Under the pieces are notes generated by a model that worked only from the letters and a program-made list of their open reading frames with translations, made no database searches and had not been told where the DNA came from. The translations under genes were made by a program, and so were the position numbers. A stretch of 64,000 nt of DNA, taken from positions 11,304 to 75,303 of the forward strand of contig CADCJI010000006.1 in assembly GCA_902801625.1 (NCBI GenBank). Direction: 5' to 3'. This document shows positions 35,084 to 43,429 of this stretch, in pieces (the first letter of the stretch is position 1; each line of letters opens with the position of its first letter). Source of the DNA: an uncultured Bacteroidia bacterium. GTDB taxonomy: Bacteria > Bacteroidota > Bacteroidia > Bacteroidales > F082.

Positions 35084-36250
35084 ATGAAACTTGTCACCAT
35101 CATCGGGGCTCGTCCCCAAATCATCAAGGCAGCCGCATTGAGCCGCGCCATCCGTAACCATTATGCCGACCGCATACAAGAAGTCATTGTCCACACGGGA
35201 CAACACTACGACGACAACATGTCGCAAGTCTTCTTCGATGAGCTGCAAATCCCGCGTCCCGACTACAATCTCCATGTCGGCTCGGCTTCGCACGGTGTGC
35301 AGACCGCCCGCATGACCGAAGGCATAGAAGCTATATTAATAAAGGAACAACCCGACTTTATCGTGCTCTATGGCGACACCAACTCAACCCTCGCTGGTGC
35401 CGTGGCCGCCGCCAAAATCCATGTGCCCATCGTCCATATCGAAGCAGGACTGCGCTCGTTCAACAAAAGCATGCCCGAGGAAATCAACCGCATCGTGTGC
35501 GACCACTGCTCCACCTTGCTCTTCACGCCTACCAAGGCGGGACTGGAAAACCTAAAACGGGAAGGGTTTTCTATCGATGAAGGCGGCCCTTCGACAGGCT
35601 CAACGACCGCTATCCCGACCATCGACAACCCCAAGGTCTACCATTGCGGCGACATCATGTACGACAACAGTCTGCATTTTGCCAACATTGCCGAAGAAAA
35701 GACCGACATCATACAGCGCTTGGAACTAAAAGGCAAGCCTTTCATTTTGGCCACCATCCACCGCGACAGCAACACCGACCAACCCGAACGGCTCGGCGCC
35801 ATTTTCAACGCTTTAATTCAACTTTCCAAAGAATGTCAAGTCGTGTTGCCCTTACACCCAAGGACATCCAAACTATTGAAAACCAACCTTGAAGAGAAAC
35901 TTCAGGAGCAGATTTTCAACAGCCCGAATATCATTCTGATCCCACCCGTTTCCTTCTTGGAAATCATCGCCCTTGAGCGTCACGCCCAATTGGTAATCAC
36001 CGACTCGGGCGGTGTGCAAAAAGAGGCCTATTTTTTCAAGAAGCCTTGTATCATCCTCAGACCAGAGACCGAATGGGTGGAAATTGTTCAGACTGGCAAC
36101 GCCATCCTCGCCGATGCCGACGGAAGCCGCATCATGGACGCTTGGCAACACTTCAAGAATAACCCACCCACTGCTTTTCCCGAAATTTTCGGCGACGGCC
36201 ATGCAGCAGAGTTCATGCTTGACATAATAATTTCTTGTAAAGTGTTGTAG
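35084..36250 (+). CDS. wecB: UDP-N-acetylglucosamine 2-epimerase (non-hydrolysing, WecB family)
   Basis: MKLVTIIGARPQIIKAAALSRAI..HTGQHYD.NMS.VFF.EL. The ORF-track start at 34808 is an out-of-frame overlap with radC and was rejected. Confidence 0.9.
   Translation: MKLVTIIGARPQIIKAAALSRAIRNHYADRIQEVIVHTGQHYDDNMSQVFFDELQIPRPDYNLHVGSASHGVQTARMTEGIEAILIKEQPDFIVLYGDTNSTLAGAVAAAKIHVPIVHIEAGLRSFNKSMPEEINRIVCDHCSTLLFTPTKAGLENLKREGFSIDEGGPSTGSTTAIPTIDNPKVYHCGDIMYDNSLHFANIAEEKTDIIQRLELKGKPFILATIHRDSNTDQPERLGAIFNALIQLSKECQVVLPLHPRTSKLLKTNLEEKLQEQIFNSPNIILIPPVSFLEIIALERHAQLVITDSGGVQKEAYFFKKPCIILRPETEWVEIVQTGNAILADADGSRIMDAWQHFKNNPPTAFPEIFGDGHAAEFMLDIIISCKVL
35582..35607. repeat. REP-like single arm embedded in frame in wecB (encodes GGPSTGSTT)
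   Basis: cggcccttcgacaggctcaacgacc matches the right arm at 20333-20357 at 23/25 positions (by eye). Confidence 0.7.
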
Positions 36251-36266
36251 ATTAAGAAAAAAGTCG

Positions 36267-36274
36267 TACTTTTG
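36267..36274 (+). promoter_or_regulatory. TAnnTTTG promoter box (TACTTTTG) for rpsF-rpsR-rplI
   Basis: ~63 nt upstream of ATG 36337. Confidence 0.55.
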
Positions 36275-36336
36275 CACCCACGATTTCAGAATCGTAGTAT
36301 TAAACACTAATTACTTAATAATCAATCAATTCAATT

Positions 36337-36693
36337 ATGAATCAGTACGAAACCGTTTTCATTTTAACTCCCGTTTTGTCTGACGAACAGATGAAGGAAG
36401 CGGTAAAGAAGTATGAAGATCATCTGGCCAATGCTGGTGCAGAGATTGTTCATGAAGAGAACTGGGGCATGCGCAAGCTTGCCTATCCTATCCAAAAGAA
36501 GTCCACGGGCTTTTACCAACTCATTGAGTACAAGGCCGAGGGTAATGTGATCGCCGATGTCGAAACCGAGCTGAAGCGTGACGAGCGCATCTTGCGTTTC
36601 CTCACTGTGAAACTCGACAAGCACGCTATTGCCTACAACGAGAAGAAACGTAACAAGAAAGCCGAAGCCGCCGCTGAAGAAGCTCAAGCTTAA
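36337..36693 (+). CDS. rpsF: 30S ribosomal protein S6
   Basis: [30 protein letters not shown]. Confidence 0.95.
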   Translation: MNQYETVFILTPVLSDEQMKEAVKKYEDHLANAGAEIVHEENWGMRKLAYPIQKKSTGFYQLIEYKAEGNVIADVETELKRDERILRFLTVKLDKHAIAYNEKKRNKKAEAAAEEAQA

Positions 36694-36719
36694 TGTTGAA
36701 CAATTAAAACTGAAGAAAA

Positions 36720-36995
36720 ATGGCACAAGTGAACAACAATAACGACATCAAATATCTGACTCCCATCGCAGTCGATACCAAGAGAAAGAAATACTGCCGC
36801 TTCAAGAAGAACCGCATCAAGTACATCGACTACAAAGATGCCGACTTCTTGCTGAAGTTCGTCAACGAGCAGGGAAAGATCCTGCCCCGCCGCATCACCG
36901 GCACTTCAACGAAATACCAGCGCAAGGTTGCCCAAGCCGTCAAGCGTGCCCGTCACCTCGCCCTGATGCCATTCGTAGCAGATTGTTTGAAATAA
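36720..36995 (+). CDS. rpsR: 30S ribosomal protein S18
   Basis: ..[48 protein letters not shown]. Confidence 0.95.
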   Translation: MAQVNNNNDIKYLTPIAVDTKRKKYCRFKKNRIKYIDYKDADFLLKFVNEQGKILPRRITGTSTKYQRKVAQAVKRARHLALMPFVADCLK

Positions 36996-37013
36996 TTTGA
37001 AGGAGGACACATC

Positions 37014-37463
37014 ATGGATATCATTCTGAAACAAGACGTTATCAATTTAGGATATAAGAACGACATCGTCAGCGTGAAGCCCGGCTACGGCCGCAACTTC
37101 CTCATTCCACAAGGTTTAGCCATCCTCGCCACCGAGCGCAACCGCAAAATCTTGGCCGAAGAGATGCGCCAGCAGGCTCACAAGGAACAAAAGATCAAGG
37201 ACGAAGCCACCGAGAAAGCCAAAGCTTTGGAAGGCCTGAAGCTGCAAATCCCCGCCAAGGCTGCCGCCACGGGTAAGATTTTCGGCTCGGTCAACACCAT
37301 CATGATTGCCAACGCCATCAAGGAAGCCACCGGCATCGAAGTGGACCGCAAGCACATCGTCCTCAACGAAGACGCCATCAAGGAAGTGGGCGACTACACC
37401 GCCAAGATTAAACTCCACAAGGAAGTGGCCGTCGATATCAACTTCAACGTTTTCGCTGAATAA
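37014..37463 (+). CDS. rplI: 50S ribosomal protein L9
   Basis: MDIILKQDVINLGYKNDIVSVKPGYGRNFLIPQGLA. Confidence 0.95.
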   Translation: MDIILKQDVINLGYKNDIVSVKPGYGRNFLIPQGLAILATERNRKILAEEMRQQAHKEQKIKDEATEKAKALEGLKLQIPAKAAATGKIFGSVNTIMIANAIKEATGIEVDRKHIVLNEDAIKEVGDYTAKIKLHKEVAVDINFNVFAE

Positions 37464-37489
37464 GAAAAACAAACTTTTTCATGTTTTTG

Positions 37490-37521
37490 GGCTGTCTCCC
37501 CTGTGGGACGGCCTTTTTTTG
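37490..37521 (+). terminator. Rho-independent terminator after rplI
   Basis: ggctgtc / gacggcc stem followed by T7. Confidence 0.7.
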
Positions 37522-37529
37522 TACTTTTG
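37522..37529 (+). promoter_or_regulatory. TAnnTTTG promoter box (TACTTTTG) only 6 nt before ATG 37536
   Basis: The box abuts the terminator T-run. The spacing implies a leaderless or near-leaderless mRNA. Confidence 0.4.
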
Positions 37530-37535
37530 CGCAAC

Positions 37536-38273
37536 ATGCTCACCAAAAACACCATAAAACAAATCGCCTCACTTCGTCAGCAAAAGTTTCGCAAGGAGCT
37601 TGGCCTCTTCGTTGTGGAAGGCCGCAAAATGACGGAAGAATTGCTCCGCTCCAGCTTCGAGACAGTTGGACTCTATGCCACTGAAGTTTTCCTCACGGAT
37701 TATCCCGCCTTCGCTGAAGCCGAAACTGTTAGTGATGTACAGATGCAACAGATGAGCGGTCAGGACACGCCCCCTGGCATCCTCGCCGTGGTTAGGATTC
37801 CCAAACAGGATGAAATCAAAGTCTCCTCGCGGATTGTCCTCGCTTTGGACGGCATCGCTAACCCGGGCAACATGGGCACACTCATCCGCACTGCAGAATG
37901 GTTTGGCATCCAAGATGTGGTATGCAGCTCAGACTGTGTCGAGCTTTGGAATCCGAAAGTGGTGCAGGCCACCATGGGTTCGCTGTTCAGAGTGAAGATT
38001 TGGAAGACTGAGTTGACGGTATTTCTGCAAAAGGCGAAAAGCGAGGGCAAGGCCATTTACGGTGCCTTACTCGAAGGGGAAAACCTTTTCGAAATGAAGA
38101 GGAATCCCGAAGGTATCATTGTCATCGGGAGCGAGTCGCACGGCATCCGCAAAGAGGTGTTGCCTTGCATCACGCATCCCATCACTATCCCGCGTGTAGG
38201 CGGCAGCGCAACCGAGTCGCTCAACGCCGCCGTGGCTGGTGCAATTCTAATGGCAGAAATGACAAGGCCATGA
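37536..38273 (+). CDS. TrmH/SpoU-family RNA 2'-O-methyltransferase
   Basis: LDGIANPGNMGTLIRTAEWFG, IGSESHGI, ESLNAAVAGAILMAEM. Start moved from GTG 37503 to ATG 37536. Confidence 0.85.
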   Translation: MLTKNTIKQIASLRQQKFRKELGLFVVEGRKMTEELLRSSFETVGLYATEVFLTDYPAFAEAETVSDVQMQQMSGQDTPPGILAVVRIPKQDEIKVSSRIVLALDGIANPGNMGTLIRTAEWFGIQDVVCSSDCVELWNPKVVQATMGSLFRVKIWKTELTVFLQKAKSEGKAIYGALLEGENLFEMKRNPEGIIVIGSESHGIRKEVLPCITHPITIPRVGGSATESLNAAVAGAILMAEMTRP

Positions 38274-38722
38274 ACATCAAAGATATCACGCCAGATTTCT
38301 TATGGGAAAACGGCATTAATCCTGAGGGGATGCGGTTTGGACCTAATTTCTATCCCTACAATCCTAAGTTGAAACAATTTAGCAGGGACTTGAGAAACCA
38401 CGGACAATTGTCGGAAGCATTGCTCTGGAAATGCCTGAAAGGGAAAAAGACAGGACATCTCTTTCTTCGCCAAAGGCCCATCTTAAACTACATTGTTGAC
38501 TTTTTTTGCTACGAGCTTAAACTGGTAATCGAAATTGACGGAGCATCACATTTTTCTGCCGAAGCACAAAAACGAGATGCCGAAAGAGACCGACAAATGC
38601 GAGCCATCGGACTTAGGATTATCAGGGTTTTAGATAGCGATGTGCGCAAAAATTCAGAAAGTGTTGTTCAAGGAATTATGGAACAATTAACTCCTGAAGA
38701 AGGAAAAGAAGATTTTCTTTGA
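38270..38722 (+). CDS. DUF559 (Vsr-like) endonuclease-domain protein
   Basis: SEALLWKCLKGKK..FLRQRPILNYIVDFFCYELKLVIEIDGASH..RDAERDRQMRAIGLRIIRV. The start ATG overlaps the upstream stop (ATGA). Confidence 0.85.
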   Translation: MNIKDITPDFLWENGINPEGMRFGPNFYPYNPKLKQFSRDLRNHGQLSEALLWKCLKGKKTGHLFLRQRPILNYIVDFFCYELKLVIEIDGASHFSAEAQKRDAERDRQMRAIGLRIIRVLDSDVRKNSESVVQGIMEQLTPEEGKEDFL

Positions 38723-38735
38723 ATAGGCAAGGTGG

Positions 38736-38958
38736 GTCTTCGAATCCCCGATTAGACTAAGGCGAGTGTCTTCGAATCCCCCCTGCCCCCTTTGAAAAGG
38801 GGGATGGCGCAAAGCGGCGTGGGAGCAAAGCCATGCATAGTCTTAATCTAAATGACATGACTTTTTTTCCGAAGTCGAAGACTTCGGCAGCACCCCGGTA
38901 GGCCAGCATCCGGTAGGCAGTTCCCCCTTTGCAAAGGGGGCTAGGGGGATTCAACGAA
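38736..38958. repeat. MITE-like composite palindromic element (CCCCCTTTGNAAAGGGGG hairpins inside ~32-bp terminal inverted repeats)
   Basis: The left end tcgaatcccccctgccccctttgaaaaggggg faces the right end ccccctttgcaaagggggctagggggattcaacga. An internal hairpin ccgaagtcgaagacttcgg is present, with direct repeats gtcttcgaatcccc x2 and ccggtaggc x3. Confidence 0.55.
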
Positions 38959-38978
38959 CCCCGGTAGGCAAAACAAAC

Positions 38979-39010
38979 AAAAAAAACCGCCCCAAAAGGA
39001 GCGGTTTTTT
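38979..39010 (-). terminator. Rho-independent (bidirectional A/T-flanked) terminator of the minus-strand T9SS gene
   Basis: On the minus strand: aaccgctcc tttt ggggcggtt followed by T8. Confidence 0.8.
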
Positions 39011-39030
39011 CATTCAATCCAGTGGATTGA

Positions 39031-41514
39031 TTACTTCACGATGACAACGCGTTGGACGCTGTTGCGGCCATTGTTGTCATAGATGCTGAAGAAGTAGACA
39101 CCAGCTTCAACATTCATGTCGATGTTGTTGACCATGTTGTCGAGCTTCACCACGCGGACGAGCTGACCAGCCACATTGTAGATGGCCACGCTGTTCAGGT
39201 TCTCGCCTTCGAGGGTGACCTGCGAAGTGGCGGGGTTAGGATAGATGCTAGCCAATTCAACACCACTGTTTTCAACCACACCATCAGTGACGGCGAGAGT
39301 GACAGGGATCTCAACGTGATCCAGTTCGGCATCATTGGTGTTGATGACGAGGTTAGCATTGTAATCCGTGCCCATAGCAAGGCCGATGGAGTTCAGGCTG
39401 AGGGTGATGGTCTCGCTTTGACCGCCCATGATAGAGCCTTCGGTCTTGTTCATAGTGGCCCAAGTGGCGGGAATGAGTTCACCTTGGCAATTGACGGTGA
39501 TCAACCAAGCACCAGCAAAACCATCACTTCCACCCGAAGGAGCCGAATAGCAGTGGCTGAAGCTGTTGCCATTGGTGCTGAGCCAGTTGCCATCTTGCTC
39601 TTCACCATATTCACCACCGTCCATGCTCATAGGATACTCGCCAGCATTCTGTTCGAGAGAAACAGTAGCCCACATGGCTTGACCTGTCATATAAACAGGC
39701 TCATCGAAGGTAGCGGTGATCCAGGTACCAGCAGCAGTGGAGTTGATGGTCTTTTCGGCAAGGAGTTCACCGGGTTGGTTGTGGAGGCCTTGGCCGTAGA
39801 TACGGAAGGTGTAGTTGTGGTCAGCAGCCTGATACTGTGTACCAACAAGGTATTGGGCAGAAACGATTCTCATACCCATGGCAGCACCAGCATAAGCAGT
39901 GGCAGGCAGACGAATACCCATCTCACGGGTGTAAGCAGCATCTGAACCGATGCCTTGGTTCTCTTCACCATTGTGATAGTAAAGGTCAGCGGTTTGTGAA
40001 CCAGCGCCACCTTGACCGAAGTCGATCCAGCCAGCCCAGTCACCGATGGAGTTACCATCGTTGTTGATGGTGACATCAACAGTGGTCATGTCGTCTTCAG
40101 CAAGTTCCTCAGTGACTTCCATAGGAGTAATGTGGAGCTCAGGAGCGCTTTCGCCACCGATCTTCTTGAAGCTGAAGTTGTCGAGGTAATACTCGGAAGT
40201 AGCAGCATCCTCAGGCGGATAGAAGTCCATGGCACCGAGGGTACGGTCAACCACATTCTCACCAAAGCTATCCAAGCTCCATTGCCATTCGCAGACGAGC
40301 ACTTCGTCTTCGCCAGGAGCGGTATAGTAGTAACGAGCGACGTCCGTGTCGGTGTCGACATTCAGACGGAAGTGCATCCAAGCATCATAGACGCAAGGCA
40401 CATCGGCAGTGTTGTTGCTACCAGCGTGGATAGTACCGTGGCCAGGAGCCGGAGTTGAGTTCTGACCATCGTTGGTCATGTGGAGGTAGCACTGCATAGC
40501 CCATTTGCTGTTAGAGCCAGCGAAGTGGTGCAGGATGTTAAAGTAACCGTTCTTACCTTCGGGAACGAGGATGTCGAACTCAAGGTCGTAGTTACCATTC
40601 TCTTCATCACCGAGGAGGAGGACTTGGTCGTTGCCATAGGTGAGGTGACCGCACTGAGTGCCATCGAAGTTGGCAACCACGCCGTCTTCGGAACCGCCGG
40701 GAGCGTTGCTCCATGTGGTCCACCAGTCGTTACCATGCAAAATGGCATCTTGGGCAATCTTATTACCCACGGTGTAGTCCTCGAAGGGGTCGAAAATCAG
40801 CACCTCGTCGTTGCTCTGCAGCGTGACGGTGAGGTTGTCGATGTAGTACTCGGAAGTAGCGGCATTCTCAGGCGGGAAGAAGTCCATGGCACCGAGGATA
40901 CGGTTGGTGGTGTTCTCACCAAAGCTGTCCAAGCTCCACTGCCAAGTAGCATAAAGCTCTTCAGCCTGGCCTACCACATTGAAATAGAGTTCGGCAACAT
41001 CGTTGTCGGCATCGACATGCACGCGGAAGTGCATCCATTCATCATAGACGCAAGGCAGGTCGCAAGTGTTGTTGCTACCAGCGTGTACAGTGCCATGGCC
41101 AGGAGCTTGGGTTGAGTTCTGACCGTCGTTGGTCTCATGCATGTAGACCTGAATAGCCCAAATGCAGTTGTTGCTGTTGTTACCATCAAAATGGTGCAAC
41201 ACATTGAAGTAACCATTCTTGCCTTGAGGAACGAAAGCGTCGAATTCAAGGTCGTAAACACCTACTTCATGGTCGCCAAGGTAAAGAATCTGGTCGTTGC
41301 CATAGGTGAAGTGGGCGGCCATGGAGCCACCAGCCTCATCAAAGACACCGTCCTCAGAACCACCAGGATGGTTGGTCCATGTGGTCCAAGGCATACCATA
41401 GGTCTCAGCGATCTTAGCGCCGGCAACGCCGTCGTTAAAATCATAGCTCATCTGTGCAAAAGCATTGCCAAAAACAAAGGCAATCATCGCAATGAGTAAA
41501 GATACTTTTTTCAT
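39031..41514 (-). CDS. T9SS-sorted secreted protein with two tandem ~215-aa lectin-like repeats (function unknown)
   Basis: Start set at MKKVSLLIAMIAFVFGNAFAQ. Internal duplication: YDLEFDAFVPQGKNGYFNVLHHF / YDLEFDILVPEGKNGYFNILHHF and TNDGQNSTQAPGHGTVHAGSNNT / TNDGQNSTPAPGHGTIHAGSNNT. CTD: IYPNPATSQVTLEG..VAIYNVAGQLV..GVYFFSIYD..VVIVK. Confidence 0.85.
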   Translation of the reverse strand: MKKVSLLIAMIAFVFGNAFAQMSYDFNDGVAGAKIAETYGMPWTTWTNHPGGSEDGVFDEAGGSMAAHFTYGNDQILYLGDHEVGVYDLEFDAFVPQGKNGYFNVLHHFDGNNSNNCIWAIQVYMHETNDGQNSTQAPGHGTVHAGSNNTCDLPCVYDEWMHFRVHVDADNDVAELYFNVVGQAEELYATWQWSLDSFGENTTNRILGAMDFFPPENAATSEYYIDNLTVTLQSNDEVLIFDPFEDYTVGNKIAQDAILHGNDWWTTWSNAPGGSEDGVVANFDGTQCGHLTYGNDQVLLLGDEENGNYDLEFDILVPEGKNGYFNILHHFAGSNSKWAMQCYLHMTNDGQNSTPAPGHGTIHAGSNNTADVPCVYDAWMHFRLNVDTDTDVARYYYTAPGEDEVLVCEWQWSLDSFGENVVDRTLGAMDFYPPEDAATSEYYLDNFSFKKIGGESAPELHITPMEVTEELAEDDMTTVDVTINNDGNSIGDWAGWIDFGQGGAGSQTADLYYHNGEENQGIGSDAAYTREMGIRLPATAYAGAAMGMRIVSAQYLVGTQYQAADHNYTFRIYGQGLHNQPGELLAEKTINSTAAGTWITATFDEPVYMTGQAMWATVSLEQNAGEYPMSMDGGEYGEEQDGNWLSTNGNSFSHCYSAPSGGSDGFAGAWLITVNCQGELIPATWATMNKTEGSIMGGQSETITLSLNSIGLAMGTDYNANLVINTNDAELDHVEIPVTLAVTDGVVENSGVELASIYPNPATSQVTLEGENLNSVAIYNVAGQLVRVVKLDNMVNNIDMNVEAGVYFFSIYDNNGRNSVQRVVIVK

Positions 41515-41580
41515 TTTTTTTGAAATTTTAGTTAGTATTAAGTGAGTTGATTTGATTAAATGATTCTCAAAAATGCGCTG

Positions 41581-41588
41581 CAAATATA
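41581..41588 (-). promoter_or_regulatory. TAnnTTTG promoter box (TATATTTG on the minus strand)
   Basis: 67 nt upstream of ATG 41514. It overlaps the longer ORF-track start at 41583, which supports the shorter start. Confidence 0.5.
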
Positions 41589-41628
41589 ACCATTTTTTGT
41601 TTGTTGCAACGAGGATGGGGATTTTTTT

Positions 41629-41658
41629 AGTTGTTCAGTTGGGAGTTGTTCAGTTGGA
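41629..41658. repeat. 15-nt tandem repeat AGTTGTTCAGTTGGR x2
   Basis: agttgttcagttggg agttgttcagttgga. The CAGTT core is the complement of the AACTG array at 31151-31186. Confidence 0.7.
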
Positions 41659-41709
41659 AGTTTTGAGTGAAGAGTTCAATGTTTCCCTGCGAGGAATGGA
41701 ACAAAGCAA

Positions 41710-42123
41710 TTAAGGAAAATGTCGTTGAATAAAATCGGCAGGAGTCATCACCTCTATCGAAGCAAAACCATAATCCTTTATGTTCCTGGTTAATAAGTAA
41801 TCAGCATTGGCATATACTGCCGAGAAATACTGCAACGCATCCTCAAAATCTCGAGCCTTCAACACAAGCGCCTCGTCAACTGCCTCTTCTCCAACTGGTA
41901 CAATTGTGAACACTGGACGAAAAACCGAGATGGTTTCATAAAACTTGTCAATAGTGAAGTCTTTTCGGGTAATATACTTGATATTGGCAATACTCAAATC
42001 AGAAATCAAAAGTTCCAATTTTCCGTCCACAGCAAGGTCGAAAACCTTAAGCGAATCGGCAAGAAATCTTTCACGCCTACAAAGCAAATCAAGAAAGATA
42101 TTCGTATCTATGAAAACTTTCAT
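41710..42123 (-). CDS. PIN-domain ribonuclease toxin (VapC-like), paralogue of 14044-14457
   Basis: MKVFIDTNIFLDLL.., ..FEDALQY.., ..LLTRNIKDYGF. The start is chosen by analogy with the paralogue; the alternative ATG 42135 overlaps the antitoxin. Confidence 0.85.
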   Translation of the reverse strand: MKVFIDTNIFLDLLCRRERFLADSLKVFDLAVDGKLELLISDLSIANIKYITRKDFTIDKFYETISVFRPVFTIVPVGEEAVDEALVLKARDFEDALQYFSAVYANADYLLTRNIKDYGFASIEVMTPADFIQRHFP

Positions 42124-42125
42124 GG

Positions 42126-42380
42126 CTATTGGCATGCATATTTTTCGGTTAGATAGTCTTCTTTTTCCTGTTTCCAGTCGTCAGAGTCACTTTTTTCGAA
42201 TACGCCTATCATTTCCCGGATTTTTGCTTTCTGCTCGGCACGCTTCTTTGCCTGCAAAGTTTCCTCGTCATGGTATATGGCGGATATGGCATCGAGAATT
42301 CGTTTCCACAGGGAAGCATTAGTTTTGTCGAATTGCTGAAGCAGTTGCATTGTATCAGTTTGTAATTCTACTGCAGTCAT
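42126..42380 (-). CDS. Putative antitoxin, paralogue of 13766-14047
   Basis: MTAVELQTDTMQLLQQF...DYLTEKYACQ. The start is set 21 nt downstream of a promoter box, and the stop lies 2 nt before the toxin ATG. Confidence 0.6.
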   Translation of the reverse strand: MTAVELQTDTMQLLQQFDKTNASLWKRILDAISAIYHDEETLQAKKRAEQKAKIREMIGVFEKSDSDDWKQEKEDYLTEKYACQ

Positions 42381-42400
42381 GGTTGTTATCTTTTTCGGTG

Positions 42401-42408
42401 CAAAGATA
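42401..42408 (-). promoter_or_regulatory. TAnnTTTG promoter box (TATCTTTG on the minus strand) for the second TA operon
   Basis: The same octamer occurs upstream of the first TA operon (13728-13735). Confidence 0.5.
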
Positions 42409-42458
42409 AACAAAAATAATACAAGGCGCAACCTGAAGAGGATTTTTAGTGAATCCCA

Positions 42459-43229
42459 CTATTGCTCCTTCGCTTCTTTCCAATAGGCAATCATCTCTTC
42501 GAGAGTGAGGTGCTGCACGCCTTTGCCTTGCTCGCGGGCTTTCTGTTCAACATGAGCGAAACGCTCACGGAACTTCTTGTTGGTCTTTTCGAGGGCATCG
42601 TCGGGATTCACACCAATATAGATGCCGTAAGCCGCCAAGGCGAAAAGCAAGTCGCCGTATTCCTCCTCGATACGCTCCGTGTTGTCGGGCTTTTGAAGCT
42701 CGGCAAAAAGCTCGGCTTTCTCCTCCTCAACTTTCTGCCAAGCCTGTTCAGCATCGGGCCAACGGAAACCCACACCCGCAGTTTTTTGGTGCATACGATA
42801 AGCCTTCAACAACGAAGGCAAGCCTTCAGGCACGCCACCCAACACACTGCGGTTATGCTCGCGTTCCAACTTGATTTTTTCCCAGTTTTGTTCCACCTGC
42901 TCGGCATTCTCAACATGCTCATTGCCAAAGATATGCGGATGACGCACGATCATCTTGTCGCAGATGCCGTTAAGCACATCAGCGATATCAAAGGCACCTT
43001 GCTCCTGCCCTATCTTGGCATAAAAGACAAGATGCAGCATAAGGTCGCCGAGTTCCTTCTTTACCTCGTTGAGGTCGTCGTTGAGGATGGCTTGGCTGAG
43101 TTCGTAAGTCTCCTCAATGGTAAGGTGGCGCAGGCTTTGAATGGTTTGGGTGCTATCCCAAGGGCAGCCCGCACGCACTGCATCCATGATATCTAACAAA
43201 CGCTTGAATGCGGATAATCTTTCGTCCAT
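42459..43229 (-). CDS. mazG: Nucleoside triphosphate pyrophosphohydrolase MazG
   Basis: RAGCPWDSTQTIQSLRHLTIEETYEL; two MazG repeats (..EELGDLMLHLVF.. / ..EEYGDLLFAL..). Confidence 0.9.
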   Translation of the reverse strand: MDERLSAFKRLLDIMDAVRAGCPWDSTQTIQSLRHLTIEETYELSQAILNDDLNEVKKELGDLMLHLVFYAKIGQEQGAFDIADVLNGICDKMIVRHPHIFGNEHVENAEQVEQNWEKIKLEREHNRSVLGGVPEGLPSLLKAYRMHQKTAGVGFRWPDAEQAWQKVEEEKAELFAELQKPDNTERIEEEYGDLLFALAAYGIYIGVNPDDALEKTNKKFRERFAHVEQKAREQGKGVQHLTLEEMIAYWKEAKEQ

Positions 43230-43247
43230 ATCAATAAAAATTTGATG

Positions 43248-43255
43248 CAAAAATA
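43248..43255 (-). promoter_or_regulatory. TAnnTTTG promoter box (TATTTTTG on the minus strand) for mazG
   Basis: 19 nt upstream of ATG 43229 and downstream of the longer ORF-track start at 43259. Confidence 0.5.
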
Positions 43256-43413
43256 ACACTTTGTCTTTTGGGATTGCCCAAGGGCAAGAAATCTTTCAAA
43301 AATCAATATTAAAATCATTCAAAATCAATAATTTATAACTATTTAGTATTTGAAGATTTTCAACGATTTTGGATAGATTTCTTGCGAAGCAATCCCCATA
43401 ATTTCCTTTTTCG

Positions 43414-43421
43414 TACCTTTG
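43414..43421 (+). promoter_or_regulatory. TAnnTTTG promoter box (TACCTTTG + CAGCCCC) 8 nt before ATG 43430
   Basis: The spacing implies a leaderless or near-leaderless mRNA. Confidence 0.4.
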
Positions 43422-43429
43422 CAGCCCCA

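Noticed and set aside
38731-38782. tRNA-like T-arm motifs (gggtcttcgaatcccc, twice).
   Set aside because: No acceptor stem, D-arm or anticodon arm can be drawn around either copy. They are part of the MITE-like repeat block, and no tRNA gene is called.
38757-39017. 86-aa minus-strand ORF.
   Set aside because: It lies wholly within the palindromic repeat block and the terminator. The translation (..SPLCKGGTA.., ..PFSKGAGGI..) is the characteristic artefact of CCCCCTTTGNAAAGGGGG hairpins.
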